Origin: Azolla caroliniana
Taxonomy: Eukaryota > Plantae > Polypodiophyta
Length of the DNA stretch: 64,000 nucleotides
Direction: 5' to 3'
Assembly (NCBI GenBank): GCA_043228905.1
Contig: JBHGNT010000015.1
Location: 3,100,001-3,164,000 of the forward strand
Shown here piece after piece: positions 25,654 through 38,394 of the stretch; within the stretch, counting starts at the first letter, position 1, and each line of letters begins with the position of its first letter. The translations under genes and the position numbers were made by a program. The notes beneath the pieces are model-generated. The model was not told the DNA's origin and searched no databases. It was given only the letters and a program-made list of their open reading frames with translations.

Positions 25654-28600
25654 TGTTGGGGATATGTCCCTCCAGTGGGAGGAACTGACTGTTCGGAAGT
25701 AGCCGACAGTCGAAGAGTCGACAACCAAGAGTCAATTGTATTTTATTATTGCAATAATAATTATTATGATATGTGGCAATGACTAAAATTGTAAATGGGT
25801 TATACGATGTATCAATATATATACACCTAGGGAAAAAATAGTATAGTGTGTAGACAGTAAAAGTCGAGAGAGAAAGTAAGTGTGAGAGAGACACGAGTGT
25901 GAGAGAGAGCAAGCGGTGCCATAGCTGTGTGTGCAACAACAGACGCCAAGAGCCCTGCGCGGCTGATACATTTGGACGGAGTGTTGTAATCTTTCGATTG
26001 TACATCCATTGTATAGTGAAGTTCTATTTACCCATGGTTTTGTCCCGCTTTAGGGTTTCCACTTAAAACTCTGTGTACTCTTATCATTGTGTACCTGTGT
26101 TGTGTATTTTCAGCATCGTTTGATCCCGTGATTTTATGAATCGATCTCTAACAATATGGTATCAGAGCTTGAGGTGCAAGCATGGAAGGAGGTGTGAGCG
26201 GTTTCCTAGGTATGATAGTTCTAAACTCACAGAACTATGCAGATTGGAAGATAAAGATGGAGGACCTACTCATAGTAAAAGACCTATAAGAGCCAGTCGA
26301 CAGAGCAGATATACCCAAGGGGGTATTGGAGTCGGATTGGAAACTTCTTAACAGAAAGGCGGTGTCCACCATTCGACAATGCGTCGACGTAAGTGTCTTG
26401 CAACATGTGGCAAATGACACAAATGCCCACGAGATGTGGTAGAAGCTGTCGGGCCTATATGAGAGGAAGAACACACTCAATAAAACCTCACTAATGAGAA
26501 AGATCGTACGACTGAAATACAGAGATGGTGAGAGCATCGTCGAACACATTGGCACATTCATGGGGTATGTAAACCAACTGCAGTTCCCCCTGGATGATGC
26601 GATGCATGCCATTTTGTTGATGTGCACACTATCGAATAGCTGGGAGAACTTGGTGGTTACTCTCAGCACCTCTTGTCAAGAAGAGAACTTGTCTCTACAA
26701 ACGGTGAAGACAAGCATCCTAAATGAGGAGGCAAGAAGGAAGGACAAGGGAGTCCTGGCTTAGTTAGAGTCGAATGTAACACAACATTCGGATAGAGGAA
26801 GGAACCGACAAAGAAGTCCACCAAGGAGAGAAAAGAGCCAAGCTAGATCGAAGTTCAGAGGTAAGCTAGTGTGCTTTTATTGTGGTAAACCTGGACACCA
26901 GAAGGACTGCTAACACATGAGAAAAGACAAGGGTGTCGGAAACAATGTCGAACCTAGGAAGATTCCTGATGAGAAGAACACTTCTACCATTTCTACGAGC
27001 AATGAAGAACTGTTGTTCATATGCGAACAGACAAGTGCAAATCTTGCAAGTGAAGAATGCACTTGGGTGATTGATTCCGGGGCATTGTTCCACATAACTC
27101 CGTTGAGAGAGTGTTTCTCGACTTACATAGCCGGAGATCACGGTTATGTGAAGATGGGTGATAGTGGAGAGTGCAAGATGACCAGAGTCGGAAGTGTCTG
27201 CTTGACGATGTCGACAGGGTGTCGACTGATTCTGAAGGATGTTCGACAAGTCCCTGATATCAGATTGAATCTGATATCGACTGGAAGGTTAGATGACGAA
27301 GGCTATAGTGGTAGTTTTCGGAATGGCAAGTGGACGTTCTACCGAGGGAATCTTATAGTGGCCCGAGCACAGAAAGAAGGCACATTATATATGATGCATG
27401 CCTGACTGTGCAAATCAGAAGTAAATGTGGCAACGGACTTGGCAGGAGAGATATGGCATAAGAGGCTAGGCCACATGAGTGAGAAAGGAATGCACCTGCT
27501 AGCAGACCAAAAGCTTCTACCAGAAGTTAAGGGAGTGCACCTAGAGAAGTGCGTTGACTGCTTAGTCGAAAAGCAGAACAGAGCAGCTTTCCACACAAGA
27601 CCACCAAGAAGAAGAGAATGCCACTTGAACTGGTACACACGAATGTGTGATATGTAGATGCTCCATTGCATCAAGGTGGACATTACTTTGTGACATTTAT
27701 TAACGACTATAGTCGGAAGACATGGGCCTTCGTATTGAAGTCGAAGGACCAAGTACTGTCGTTTTTCAAGGAGTTCCAGGCTAGAGATGAACGAGAGTCG
27801 AGTAGGAAGTTGAAGGTTGTCCGGACCGACAACGGTGGCGAATATAGAGCGCAGTTTGAGGAGTACTGCAAGTGCCAAGGTATTCGGATCGAATACACAG
27901 TGCCAAAAACCCCAGAGTTGAACGAGCTTGCAAAGAGGATGAATTGAACAATCATGGAGAGGGTAAAGAGCATGCTCTCTCATGCGAAACTGCTGAAATC
28001 CTATTGGGTTGAGGCGATGTACACGGCTGTTTATCTGATGAACAAGTCTCCCTTAGTACCATTAAAGGGTGATGTTCCACAGAGAGTGTGGATAGGGAAG
28101 GATGTCTCCTACCAACACCTGAGGGTGTTCGGATGTTTGGTGTATATGCATGTACCGAAGGATCAGATGTCAAAGCTCGACAGTAAGTCGAAAGACCCCA
28201 GAGTTGAACGGGCTTGTAGAGAGGATGAATCGAACAATCATGGAGAGGGTAAGGAGCATGCTCTCTCATGCGAAACTGCTGAAATCCTATTGGGCTGAGG
28301 CGATGTACACAACTGTTTATCTGATCAACAGGTCTCCCTCAGTACCATTAAAGGGTGATGTTCCACAGAGAGTGTGGATAGGGAAGTGTCGAATACGAGT
28401 GTATAATGGCCGTATTCACATTGTCCCTTTGGACAACCCAAGTTCGGGCTATTTTTGTAAATAGCATAAAGGGCAGTTGCCCTAGGATAGTCACTATATA
28501 AAGTGACTTTGTAACCTTTAGTAAAGGTTGGTTGGTTGGGTGTCATTTGTAATTGTTGCTATTGCAATATATCGTTTTCCTTTGTGCCTTTGTGCCTCTC

Positions 28601-31600
28601 TCTCTCTCTCTCCCCCTCTGTGTCTATCTCACTCATGCATACACAGGTTCTTCTTCATCACGAATGCTGCTTGCACTTCCGCATTGACGGCCTTGTCCCC
28701 AACATTTGGTATCAGAGCGTTGGAGGTTCCTCAACCCGCTGTCGGCCGTCATCGCACAATACAACATTCTGTTTTTGTTTTCTTTGAAGAACAGAGAAGG
28801 GAGAAGAAAAAGACAAAGGCCTCGCATCTCACTGTGTTAAATCACAAATTGGAGTAAGCCAGTCGGTTGTACTCTAATGTTGTGATTGTAACCGCTTGAG
28901 GAGAGCTCCTTGAGCAACAACCGACCCAATCCTGCTTCATTTGGTTAAACAACATCCGAATAGGTCATCGGACGTTATTCACCCGCTTGATGTAACCACC
29001 TGCTGTAGATTGGTCTCCCGGCAACAACCACTTCGTGCTTCACTCGACTGATCGACATTCAGGAGGATCAGTTGGATCCGTCCCTTTCATCACTGCAGTC
29101 ATCCGAAGCAAAATCAGACCAAACAATCAGTTTCGCGTAATCGGTATTCGGCATACAATCGGAAGCTAACCGGGCTCACTCTGACTTGGCAACATTCGGG
29201 AAGACCAACCGGTTCTGTCCCTCAAGTTACTGGAGTCACTCCGAGCAAGTTCAGCAACAAGTATCCGAAACCAAACCGACTAGAACGATATCGGGTGAGC
29301 CGACCGGCTGCACCCCACTAAGGTTCATAGTCAACTCCGAACCGAGTCTTACCAACCGAAACCAAAGCAGATGGAATCAACATCCGGCTCATCGGAGATG
29401 AGTCTAAGGAGGTTCGACGGTTCAAACTTCAACTTCTGGAAGGAACAAATGCAGGACTATCTCATAGTCAAGGGTCAGATAGACCCGATTGAGAATGAAA
29501 ATCCTCTAGAAGCATATAAGGCAAACAAGTGGCTAAAGTTGGACAGAATCGTCCACGCCATGATTCGGATGCACTTGTCAGAGTCAATGTACTTCACAGT
29601 GCAATCATGCACGACAATGTTTGAACTTTGGAAAACACTGTCGGAAACTTATGAAAAGAAGGTTGCCGCAATGAAGATGTACCTGATCCAACGCCTCTAC
29701 AACTTGCGGATAAAAGAATCTGATTTGGTTCAGGCACACCTCAACGAGTACGAAAGCATAAGCTCCCAAATCTCGTCTCATGGGACGGCAATGGAGGATG
29801 AACTCAGAGCAATGATACTCATGAGTAGTCTCCCCTCTTCATGGGAAACTTTCGTTACAACCGTGTGCAATGCTTCAACAACGGCCATTAAGTACTCTGA
29901 AGTCATGAGCGCAATCCTGACTGAAGCAACTCGGAGAAAGTCTTTCGCCAAAGACTCGGCAGATGAAGCTTACGTAGTACAAGGTTCGACCGATTGATCG
30001 AACAACCGAGGAAGAAGTTCTTCCCGACCGCCGAACAATCAGCGAAGCCGGAGCAAGTCCTGGTACAACCGAATCTGCAACTACTGCAAGAAACCGGGAC
30101 ACATCAAAGCCGACTACAGGGCACTCAAAGAAAAAACCGACAAAGCTTAGAGAGCGGATCATAAGAGTAGCCGGCATGAGGAGGTCAACTACGTCGGCTC
30201 TTCAGCTGAAATTTTGACGACCGACCCGAACATACTGTCCATAGAGAACCCAGTCAAATCAGAAGTTCTGTTTATGACTGAGGAATCGAGCACATGGCTC
30301 CTGGACTCGAGCGCATCGTAACATGTGACACCTCACCGATCTCAGTTTCGGCAATACTCGAACCGGCACTCCGACTAAGTTCGAGTCGGAAACTCGCAAC
30401 ACTGTGCTATAATCGGAATCGGCACCGTAGAGCTCAATTTCCGGGAGGCTCTACACTCGTACTACACAACGTCTGACACGTTCCTGAGCTCTCAAGACCC
30501 CTAATCTCAGTTGGACAACTTGACGAAGCCGGCATCCGTGCCAGATTCTCATCAGGAGGGTGGACACTCCACAAAGGGAACCTCTTGCTTGCTCGAGGAC
30601 CAAAGGTACATTCCTTGTATCCTTTATATGTCACACTCAAAGAGGGTGACTTATTTTTGGTTGATATCCCCGTGTCATCGTTATGGCACGGACGACTGGG
30701 ACACCTTAGCAAGGCCGGCATAGCGCACCTATCCAGAGCCGGTTACATCCCCAAACTCTCCTTCTCGGATCACCAATTCTGCGAGCATTGCTAGTACGGA
30801 AAACGGGTAGCCGCATCACACCCGACATCAGCACCAAGAGAATCGGGCCCCCTCGATTTGGTCCATTCGGACGTCTATGGCCCGATGCCACATTAGTCTC
30901 TTGATGGTGCTTCGTACTTCGTCAGTTTTATTAACGACTCAACTTGGAAGGTGTGGGCTTACCCCATCAAAACCAAAGATCGGGTGTTCTCGATCTTCTC
31001 CGAATGGCTTGCAATGGTCGAAAATCAGACTGGTCGGAAACTGAAATGTCTCCGAACCGACAATGGAGGATTCGTCAACTTCTGCTAGGAACGCGACATT
31101 CGACATGAATATACGACACCCTATAGTCCGGAGCAAAACGGAATTGCTGAACGCATGAATCAGACGATTCAAGAAAGCGTAGTATCCATGCTCCAACACT
31201 TCGGACTGTCGGATGGCTTTTGGGCGGAGGCTCTACTTACGGTAGTACACATAATCAATATGTCACCAAGTAGACTTCTAGGACTTCAAATACCTCAGGA
31301 AATATGGACCGACAGTAAGCCGAATGTTGACAAACTGAGGATCTTCGGTTGCGAGGCGTATGCTCTCATACCAAGAGATGACCGCCGGAAACTCGAACCA
31401 AGGTCAAGGAAATGTGTTTTTCTTGGATATGGACCCGATGGCGAGATCGGATACCGACTCTGGGACCCCGAGCACAGACAAATCGTCCGAAGTTCAGACG
31501 TCGTGTTCAACAAGTCGGCTATGCATACAACGGCCGAAAGGCCTATTGAAGTCCGAGGGGTAATATTTTCCGAAGTGCCAACCCTTCATGACGGCCCAAC

Positions 31601-34600
31601 CCACAACACGAGATCGGTTTCACGGGTAACCGACAACTCTCGCACCAAATCCACCGATTCGGCACAGCCGAATGGCTCGGCTCCCGACCATTCGACATCG
31701 ACACCCGGTGCGACTAGTTCAGTCATACCTCGCAGATCCAAGCGACTGTCGCAACCTCCGGAGAGGTACTCTCCCGAAATTTTCTTTACCGACGCCGGTG
31801 AACCGACGTCTTACGAAGAAGCATCGGCACTTGCCGATTCAGCCACATGGCATCTGGCGATGGAGTCTGAAATGCACTCCATTCGGTCAAACAAGACTTG
31901 GGACTTGGTTGAATTACCGAAGAATCGACGTGCTCTTCCGTGCAAGTGGGTCTATTGACTAAAAGAGATGTCCGACTCGACCACCCCAAAGTACAAGGCC
32001 AGATTAGTTGCGAAGGGATTTTGACAAGAATATGGCGCCAACTTCAACGAAATCTTTTCACCAGTGGTGAAAATGACGACCCTTTGTCTCATGCTCGGCG
32101 TCGTGCCTCCGACAACTTGGAGGTGATTTAGCTAGATGTAAAAACGGCCTTCCTCCACGGTGACCTACAGGAGGAAATCTATATGGAGCAGCCGAAAGGC
32201 TTTGTGGCATCCGGCTAGGAACATCTAGTTTGCCGACTCAAGAAGAGTCTCTACGGCCTGAAATAGGCACCCCGATAGTGGTACAAGAAGTTCAAAGACT
32301 TCATCCAATCGATCGGCTTCTCAAAGAGCGATGAGGACCACTGTCTCTTCACCAAAACAGCTCAAGATGGGTCTCCCGTCTTCCTCATCATCTACGTGGA
32401 CGACGTGCTCCTCTCCGGCCGGCATGCCGGAGAGCTCACCGAACTCATTCGGAAACTGCGGTTGAAGTTTGCCATGAAGGACCTCGGTCCGGCAAGACAC
32501 ATACTTGGTATGAAGATTAGTCGGCATCGCAATAAATGACAACTTTTCTTGTCTCAAACCGACTACATCGGATGTGTCTTGGAACGCTTCAACATGCACT
32601 TGGCCAAGTATGCTTCGACCCCGCTCCCCATTAACCTTCGGCTGTCTCAGCGATACTGCCCGACATCCGGTCCGGAGGGGGAAGATATGAAGTCGGTACC
32701 GTATGCACCGGCAGTCGCCTCCCTTATGTATACGATGGTTGCGACACGCCCTGATATTTCTCACACCGTAGGAGTCGTCAACAAATTCATGCACAACCCC
32801 GGCCGATCGCACTGGAATGCAGTCAAGCATGTGTTCAGATATCTACCTGGCACAAAAGACCACGACATTCTTTTCGGTCCGAACTCAACCTTAGGCGTAG
32901 TCGGTTACACCGACTCGGACTTCGCCGACTGTGTGGACAGTCGGAAATCAACAACCGGATACTGTTTCAAATTCGGCAATGGAGCAATCTCGTGGAAGTC
33001 GAAACTTCAGGAGTGCACAACCACCTCAATGACCGAAGCGGAATATGTAGCTACGTCCGATGCGGCAAAAGAAGCTTTATGGCTCGGTCGGTTGGCGCAC
33101 ACGTTTCGACAGGTCGACTCCGACTCGGCTCTAGTTGTCTACAACGACAGTCAGGGTGCCGTTGCTTTGTCAAGAAATCCGGTTCACCACAACACCTCGA
33201 AGCACATTGACGTTCGATATCACTTCGTTCGGGATTGCGTCATTTCAGGGAAAATCGGTCTCGAGAAGGTATCCACAACCGATAATGTCACAGATGGAAT
33301 GACCATGTGGCTTTCGGCGGATCGTTTCCGGTCCCTTCAGCACCAGATGGGCGTAACGAAAAATCGGTCCGGTTAAAGTCGGACACACGGCACAAGATGG
33401 TTTTAGACCACCGACATCGGTTCTCTGAGGATCGGCTTCAGCTCTTCCGACCCGACCGGTTCGGTCTTCTGTCTTCGGATCTTGCCGACTTTGACAAAAC
33501 CGATTTGTCTGATAAACCTTGTATATATATACCTGTAATTCTTTAGATAACCCATGTATACGCCCATTACGGGGGAGTGTCGAATACGAGTGTATAATGG
33601 CCGTATTCACATTGTCCCTTTGGACAACCCAAGTTCGGGCTATTTCTGTAAATAGCATAAAGGGCAGTTGCCCTAGGATAGTCACTATATAAAGTGACTT
33701 TGTAACCTTTAATAAAGGTTGGTTGATTGGGTGTCATTTGTAACTGTTGCTATTGCAATATATCGTTTTCCTTTGTGCCTTTGTGCCTCTCTCTCTCTCT
33801 CTCTCTCCCTCTGTGTCTATCTCGCTTATGCATACTCAGGTTCTTCTTCATCACGAATGCTGCTTGCACTTCCGCATTGACGACCTTCTCCCCAACAGGA
33901 AGGATGTCTCCTACCAACACCTGAGGGTGTTCGGATGTTTGGTGTATATGCATGTACCGAAGGATCAGAGGTCAAAGCTCGACAGTAAGTCGAAAGCATG
34001 CATATTCATGGCATACTCGGAAGATGAGTTCAGCTGTAGGCTATGGGACCTAGTCGACAAGAAGGTAGTGAGAAGTTGGTACGTAGTCTTTCTTGAAGAT
34101 AAGAAGATTGAAGGTTGGAAGCAACAGAAATCGGATACGACTCCCCAGTCAACCTTGACTATCGTCAATCCAAGGTCAAGTGAACCGACAACGTTGGCTG
34201 TTCGGAGATGGACAGTCGACACGGCCGAATCCGAGTCGGTTAACTCGGAGAGACCGACCGACTATGAGTTAGAGTCGGTAGAGCTGCTAAGGTAAATTGA
34301 AGAGTATGAGTTGGAGTCGTCCAACCTGGAGATGCCAATTGACGTGTAGGAACCCGAGCGAAGAGAAGAGTTGGCAGAGACATCCGGAAGAGAGCCAACA
34401 ACGAGTGGAAGAAGATACCCACTCAGAGAAAGGAAAGCACCGACAACATATGCCAGTCAATACATCCCCTTGACTGATGAAGGTGAACCGGAGTGCTATG
34501 AGGAAGCCATTGCTGACGAGCACAGAGAAAAATGGTTGAGCGCGATGCAAGATGAGATGGAATCCTTGCACGAGAATTACACCTACGACCTAATAGATCT

Positions 34601-36533
34601 GCTGAAAGGTAAGAGAGCACTCAGGAATAAGTGGGTCTACAAGGTGAAGACTGGAGAAGTCAACAGTGAGCCTAGGTATAAAGCCCGCATAGTGGTGAAG
34701 GGCTTTCAACAGAAAAAGGGCGTCGACTTCGACGAAATATTCGCACCAGTTGTGAAGAGGACATCCATTCGAACTGTTCTGAGCATAGTGGCCAATATGG
34801 ACCTGGAGATCGAACAATTGGATGTCAAAACCGCATTCTTACACGGGGAGCAAGAAGAAGAAATCTACATGCAGCAACACGAAGGCTTTGAAGAGAAAGG
34901 GAAAGAGAACTCAGTGTGTCGAATGAAGAAAAGTTTGTACGGTCTGAAACAAGGTCCATGCCAATGGTACAAGAAGTTCGAGTCCTTCATGATGGAACAC
35001 CGGTTCCAGAAAATACAGGCTGTGTGTTCGTCGAAAGGTACGAAGAAGGAGACTTCTTGATTCTCTTGTTATATGTCGATGACATGTTGATAGTCGGTCA
35101 AGATACAAGGAAGATTGGAAGCTTGAAGAAACCTCTAGGCAAGTCATTTCCCATGAAAGACCTTGGACTAGCTAAACCGATCTTAGGAATCCACATAGTT
35201 CAAGACAGAACTCAAAAGGTGCTATGGTTGTCACAACAAAAGTATGTGACGAAGATCCTAGAAAGATTCAACATGTCAGATGCAAAGCCAGTCGGTTCGG
35301 TGTTGCCGACAAACTACAGGTTGAATGCGAAACAATGCCTGAAAGGGGAGAAGGAGAAGGCCAAGATGAGGAAGATACCATATGTGTCGTTTGTCGGCAG
35401 TCTAATGTTTGCTATGGTCTGTACTAGACCAAACATAGCATTTGTTGTGGGAACAGTAAGCCGATATATGAGTAATCTAGGAAGAGAACACTGGGCAGCG
35501 GTGAAGTGGATACTCAGGTACTTGAAAGGCATCTCGAGGGTGTGCCTTAGGTATGGTGTCGGAAAACCTATGTTGGAAGGTTTTACCGATTGTCAAGAGA
35601 TGTAGACTCGAGCCGATCCACGTCAAGGTACGTGATGACCTATGCAGGGGGAGCAGTGTCGTGGCATTCATGACTGTAGAAGTATGTAGCCTTGTTGACT
35701 ACAGAGGCAGAGTATATGGCAGCGATAGAGGCCGACAAAGAGCTGATCTGGATGAGAAATTTTCTCAATGAGCTAGGGATGAAGTAGAGGGAGTTCTTGC
35801 TTCACTGTGACAACCAGAGTGCCAGACATCTAGCCAAGAATGCTGCTTACCACTCCCAAACCAAGCACATATAGAGGAGGTATCACTGGTTGCGGGAGAG
35901 AGTCAAAGGAGAGTTTTCCTTGGTGAAGATCCATATTGACGAAAATGGATCCGACATGCTCACGAAGAACCTACCTACGGACAGACTTAGAATCTGTCGA
36001 CAGAAGACATGATTGACTGACTCCCTCCCACAGGAGTGAAGGGGGAGTTTGTTGGGGATATGTCCCTCTAGTGGGAGGAACCGACAGTTCGGAAGAAGTC
36101 GACAATCGAAGAGTCGACAACAGAGAGTCGATTGTTTATTATTATAGCAATAATAATAATTATGATATGTGGCAGTGGCTACAATTGTAAATGGGCTATA
36201 CGATGTATAAATATATATACACATAGGGCAAAAATAGTGTAGTGTGTAGACAATAGAAGTCGAGAGAGAAAGTAAGCGTGAGAGAGACGCGAGTGAGAGA
36301 GAGAGCAAGCGGCGCCATAGCTGTGTGTGCAATAGCAAACGCCAAGAGCCCTGCGTGGCTGATACACTTGGACGGAGTGTTGTAAACTTTCGATTGTACA
36401 TCCATTGTATAGTGAAGTTCTGTTTACCCGTGGCTTTGTCCCGCTTTAGGGTTTCCACGTAAAACTCTGTGTACCTGTGTTGTGTATTTTCAGCATTGTT
36501 TGATCTTGTGATTTTACGAATCGATCTCTAATA
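25654..36533 (+). mobile_element. Copia element B (Tork-like), nested in gag of A
   Basis: LTRs at 25654-26153 and 36050-36533. PBS TGGTATCAGAGC at 26157-26168, PPT gagtgaagggggag before the 3' LTR, TSD GTTGT/GTTGC. gag, protease (VIDSGA), integrase, RT (QLDVKTAFLHG, LYVDDML) and RNase H are all broken by stops or frameshifts. Confidence 0.93.
28387..33897 (+). mobile_element. Copia element C, full-length but decayed, nested in integrase of B
   Basis: LTRs at 28387-28704 and 33578-33897 (~3% different). TSD GGAAG (28382-28386 / 33898-33902), Met-i PBS 28707-28718, PPT gggggag 33571-33577. gag starts at 29371; integrase, RT (YVDD) and RNase H (KHIDVRYHFVRD) follow, ending at 33376. Confidence 0.95.
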
Positions 36534-38394
36534 GTTGCTTGATGTATCAGCCCTTGGAAGGCATTCATGTGCTCCGTCATACTGGAGTTGTCCTGGTACT
36601 GGAGCCTCACTAGCTTTCTCAATACCGAAACCCGATTAACGACATTCTTGTTTTGGAACATGATGCCGATCTTCTCCCAGAGTTCATGAGCATTGCTCTC
36701 TTCATTGAAGGTGTTGTATTGGCTCATGTCGATGAAGCACTAGATATATGCCACAGTCTTCATGTGCATCACCTCCCACATTGTGGCGTCGATCTTATTC
36801 GGTCTCTTGTCCCCGAACTAAACCGGAAACCAAAGATCTTTAACCACCAGCATATCCCTCATCTTTGACTTCCACACTAAGTAGTTGGAGCCGGTGAGCT
36901 TGAACATGCCGCCGAATGATTCTTCCATTTCCTGTGTTGTTCGCTCTGATACTAGTTTGTGAGAAATAGCGCAGAATACTGCTTGGCCAAAACTGAGTCT
37001 TAGGTCACTTCGTTTAAGGATCAAACACATAAATGGGAATAGAGATGAATACTTGTACATCAAAAGAAAGTACACAGGATGTTTACGTGGAAAACCCTAA
37101 TAGGGAAAAACCACGGGAGCCCACAGACTCCAAACTATCACTATCTGAGAAAGGTACAATTAGAGACTCGGAGGCAACGGCCTCGAGCTCTGTTTCTTCG
37201 CCAAGCGGCGGTTACAACAGAGTATCACTTTGTATCTCCTCTCTCTCTCTCTCTCTATCGCTCTCTGTACAACAGTTACAACAATATGAACAACCACGCT
37301 CACACAATAACAAAATGATTGCCCTAAGTCATATTTATACTTATATGAACTTAGGGGCTATTTACAAATATAGCCCCAATAGGCTTACTCAAAACATATT
37401 TACAAATATGTCTTCTCTTCCGGTTCTCACCAGGTCCTCTTCATTCATCATTGGATCCCATTCGGAGGGACCGATTTCCCAACAAAAAGCTCGCCACCAG
37501 ACGTATACTTACATCTGGGCGACATCTCATATTTATCTTACACTTTTGCATATGTCTCTAACCAATCTATACCTGATTTTATCTATTTATTAGTTATCCA
37601 CCCACTTTCCATACACATCATCTGCATTCAATAGCCCACACATTTGTTCTCTATGTATCTCATCTCATTCACGTCCCTCTTTCAAGTAATGGGAGGGGGG
37701 AACAATCATTTGGGTACCACATACTGCCATCATATATCCATTCCATTTTCTGCAGCCATCGGTGTAGTACACCAACGTTTTCTAAAATTCAACCTCATTA
37801 GTTCTGAAGCATCATCAGTTTCATCAATCCGCTTAGAATGCGCCCTTAATGTAGTTGTCAGTGTGCGCCATATTAGCTTAATCAACACGAGGCCATTTGT
37901 TTGTTGAAAATACCGTGGTACACCTGTTACCGGCCGGCAAGGAGTCCAAAATACGGAGTGAAGGAATTAATTAGATATGGTTGTAAATGAGCATAGTGTG
38001 GACGGACGGACTGGAAACGGTATGCCGTTCCAGATCCGGACGGATCCCGAATAGGTGCGAGAGGCACCGTTTTGTACTACGGGCCGGAAACCTATTTAAA
38101 GGCCCGGACCCCATTGTAATCGCAGCGGATAATTAATAGAGCTTATGTTGTTTATACTTCTGTCTTGATTTCCGTTCTGTAATTACTGTTATATCTTACG
38201 CGTGTAATTAACCGAAGCATTCTAATCGTGTAACCTATGTAAGTCGGTGTAATCGTTGAATCTTAATCCTATGCCGTAATCACCCTTTGGTGAAGTGTCT
38301 CCGTGACACCTTGTGTTAGGCCTTGTCCGGCTAGAGAATAACACAGTTTTGGCGACCACGATTCCTGCTTTCTCGCAGCGAACGACGGTAATGG

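Larger units (their letters stand above)
20161..37484 (-). mobile_element. Copia element A (Tork/Tnt1-like), defective; hosts elements B and C and a Gypsy fragment
   Basis: TG..CA LTRs at 20161-20681 and 36958-37484 (~15 mismatches). TSD AAAAG (20156-20160 / 37485-37489). Degenerate Met-i PBS at ~36943-36954 and PPT at 20682-20694. gag at 36534-36930 and 25200-25650, protease (VVDSGASFH), integrase 23880-24800, RT remnant 23745-23860, RNase H end KHIQRRYHWIRE at 20692-20885. Confidence 0.93.
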
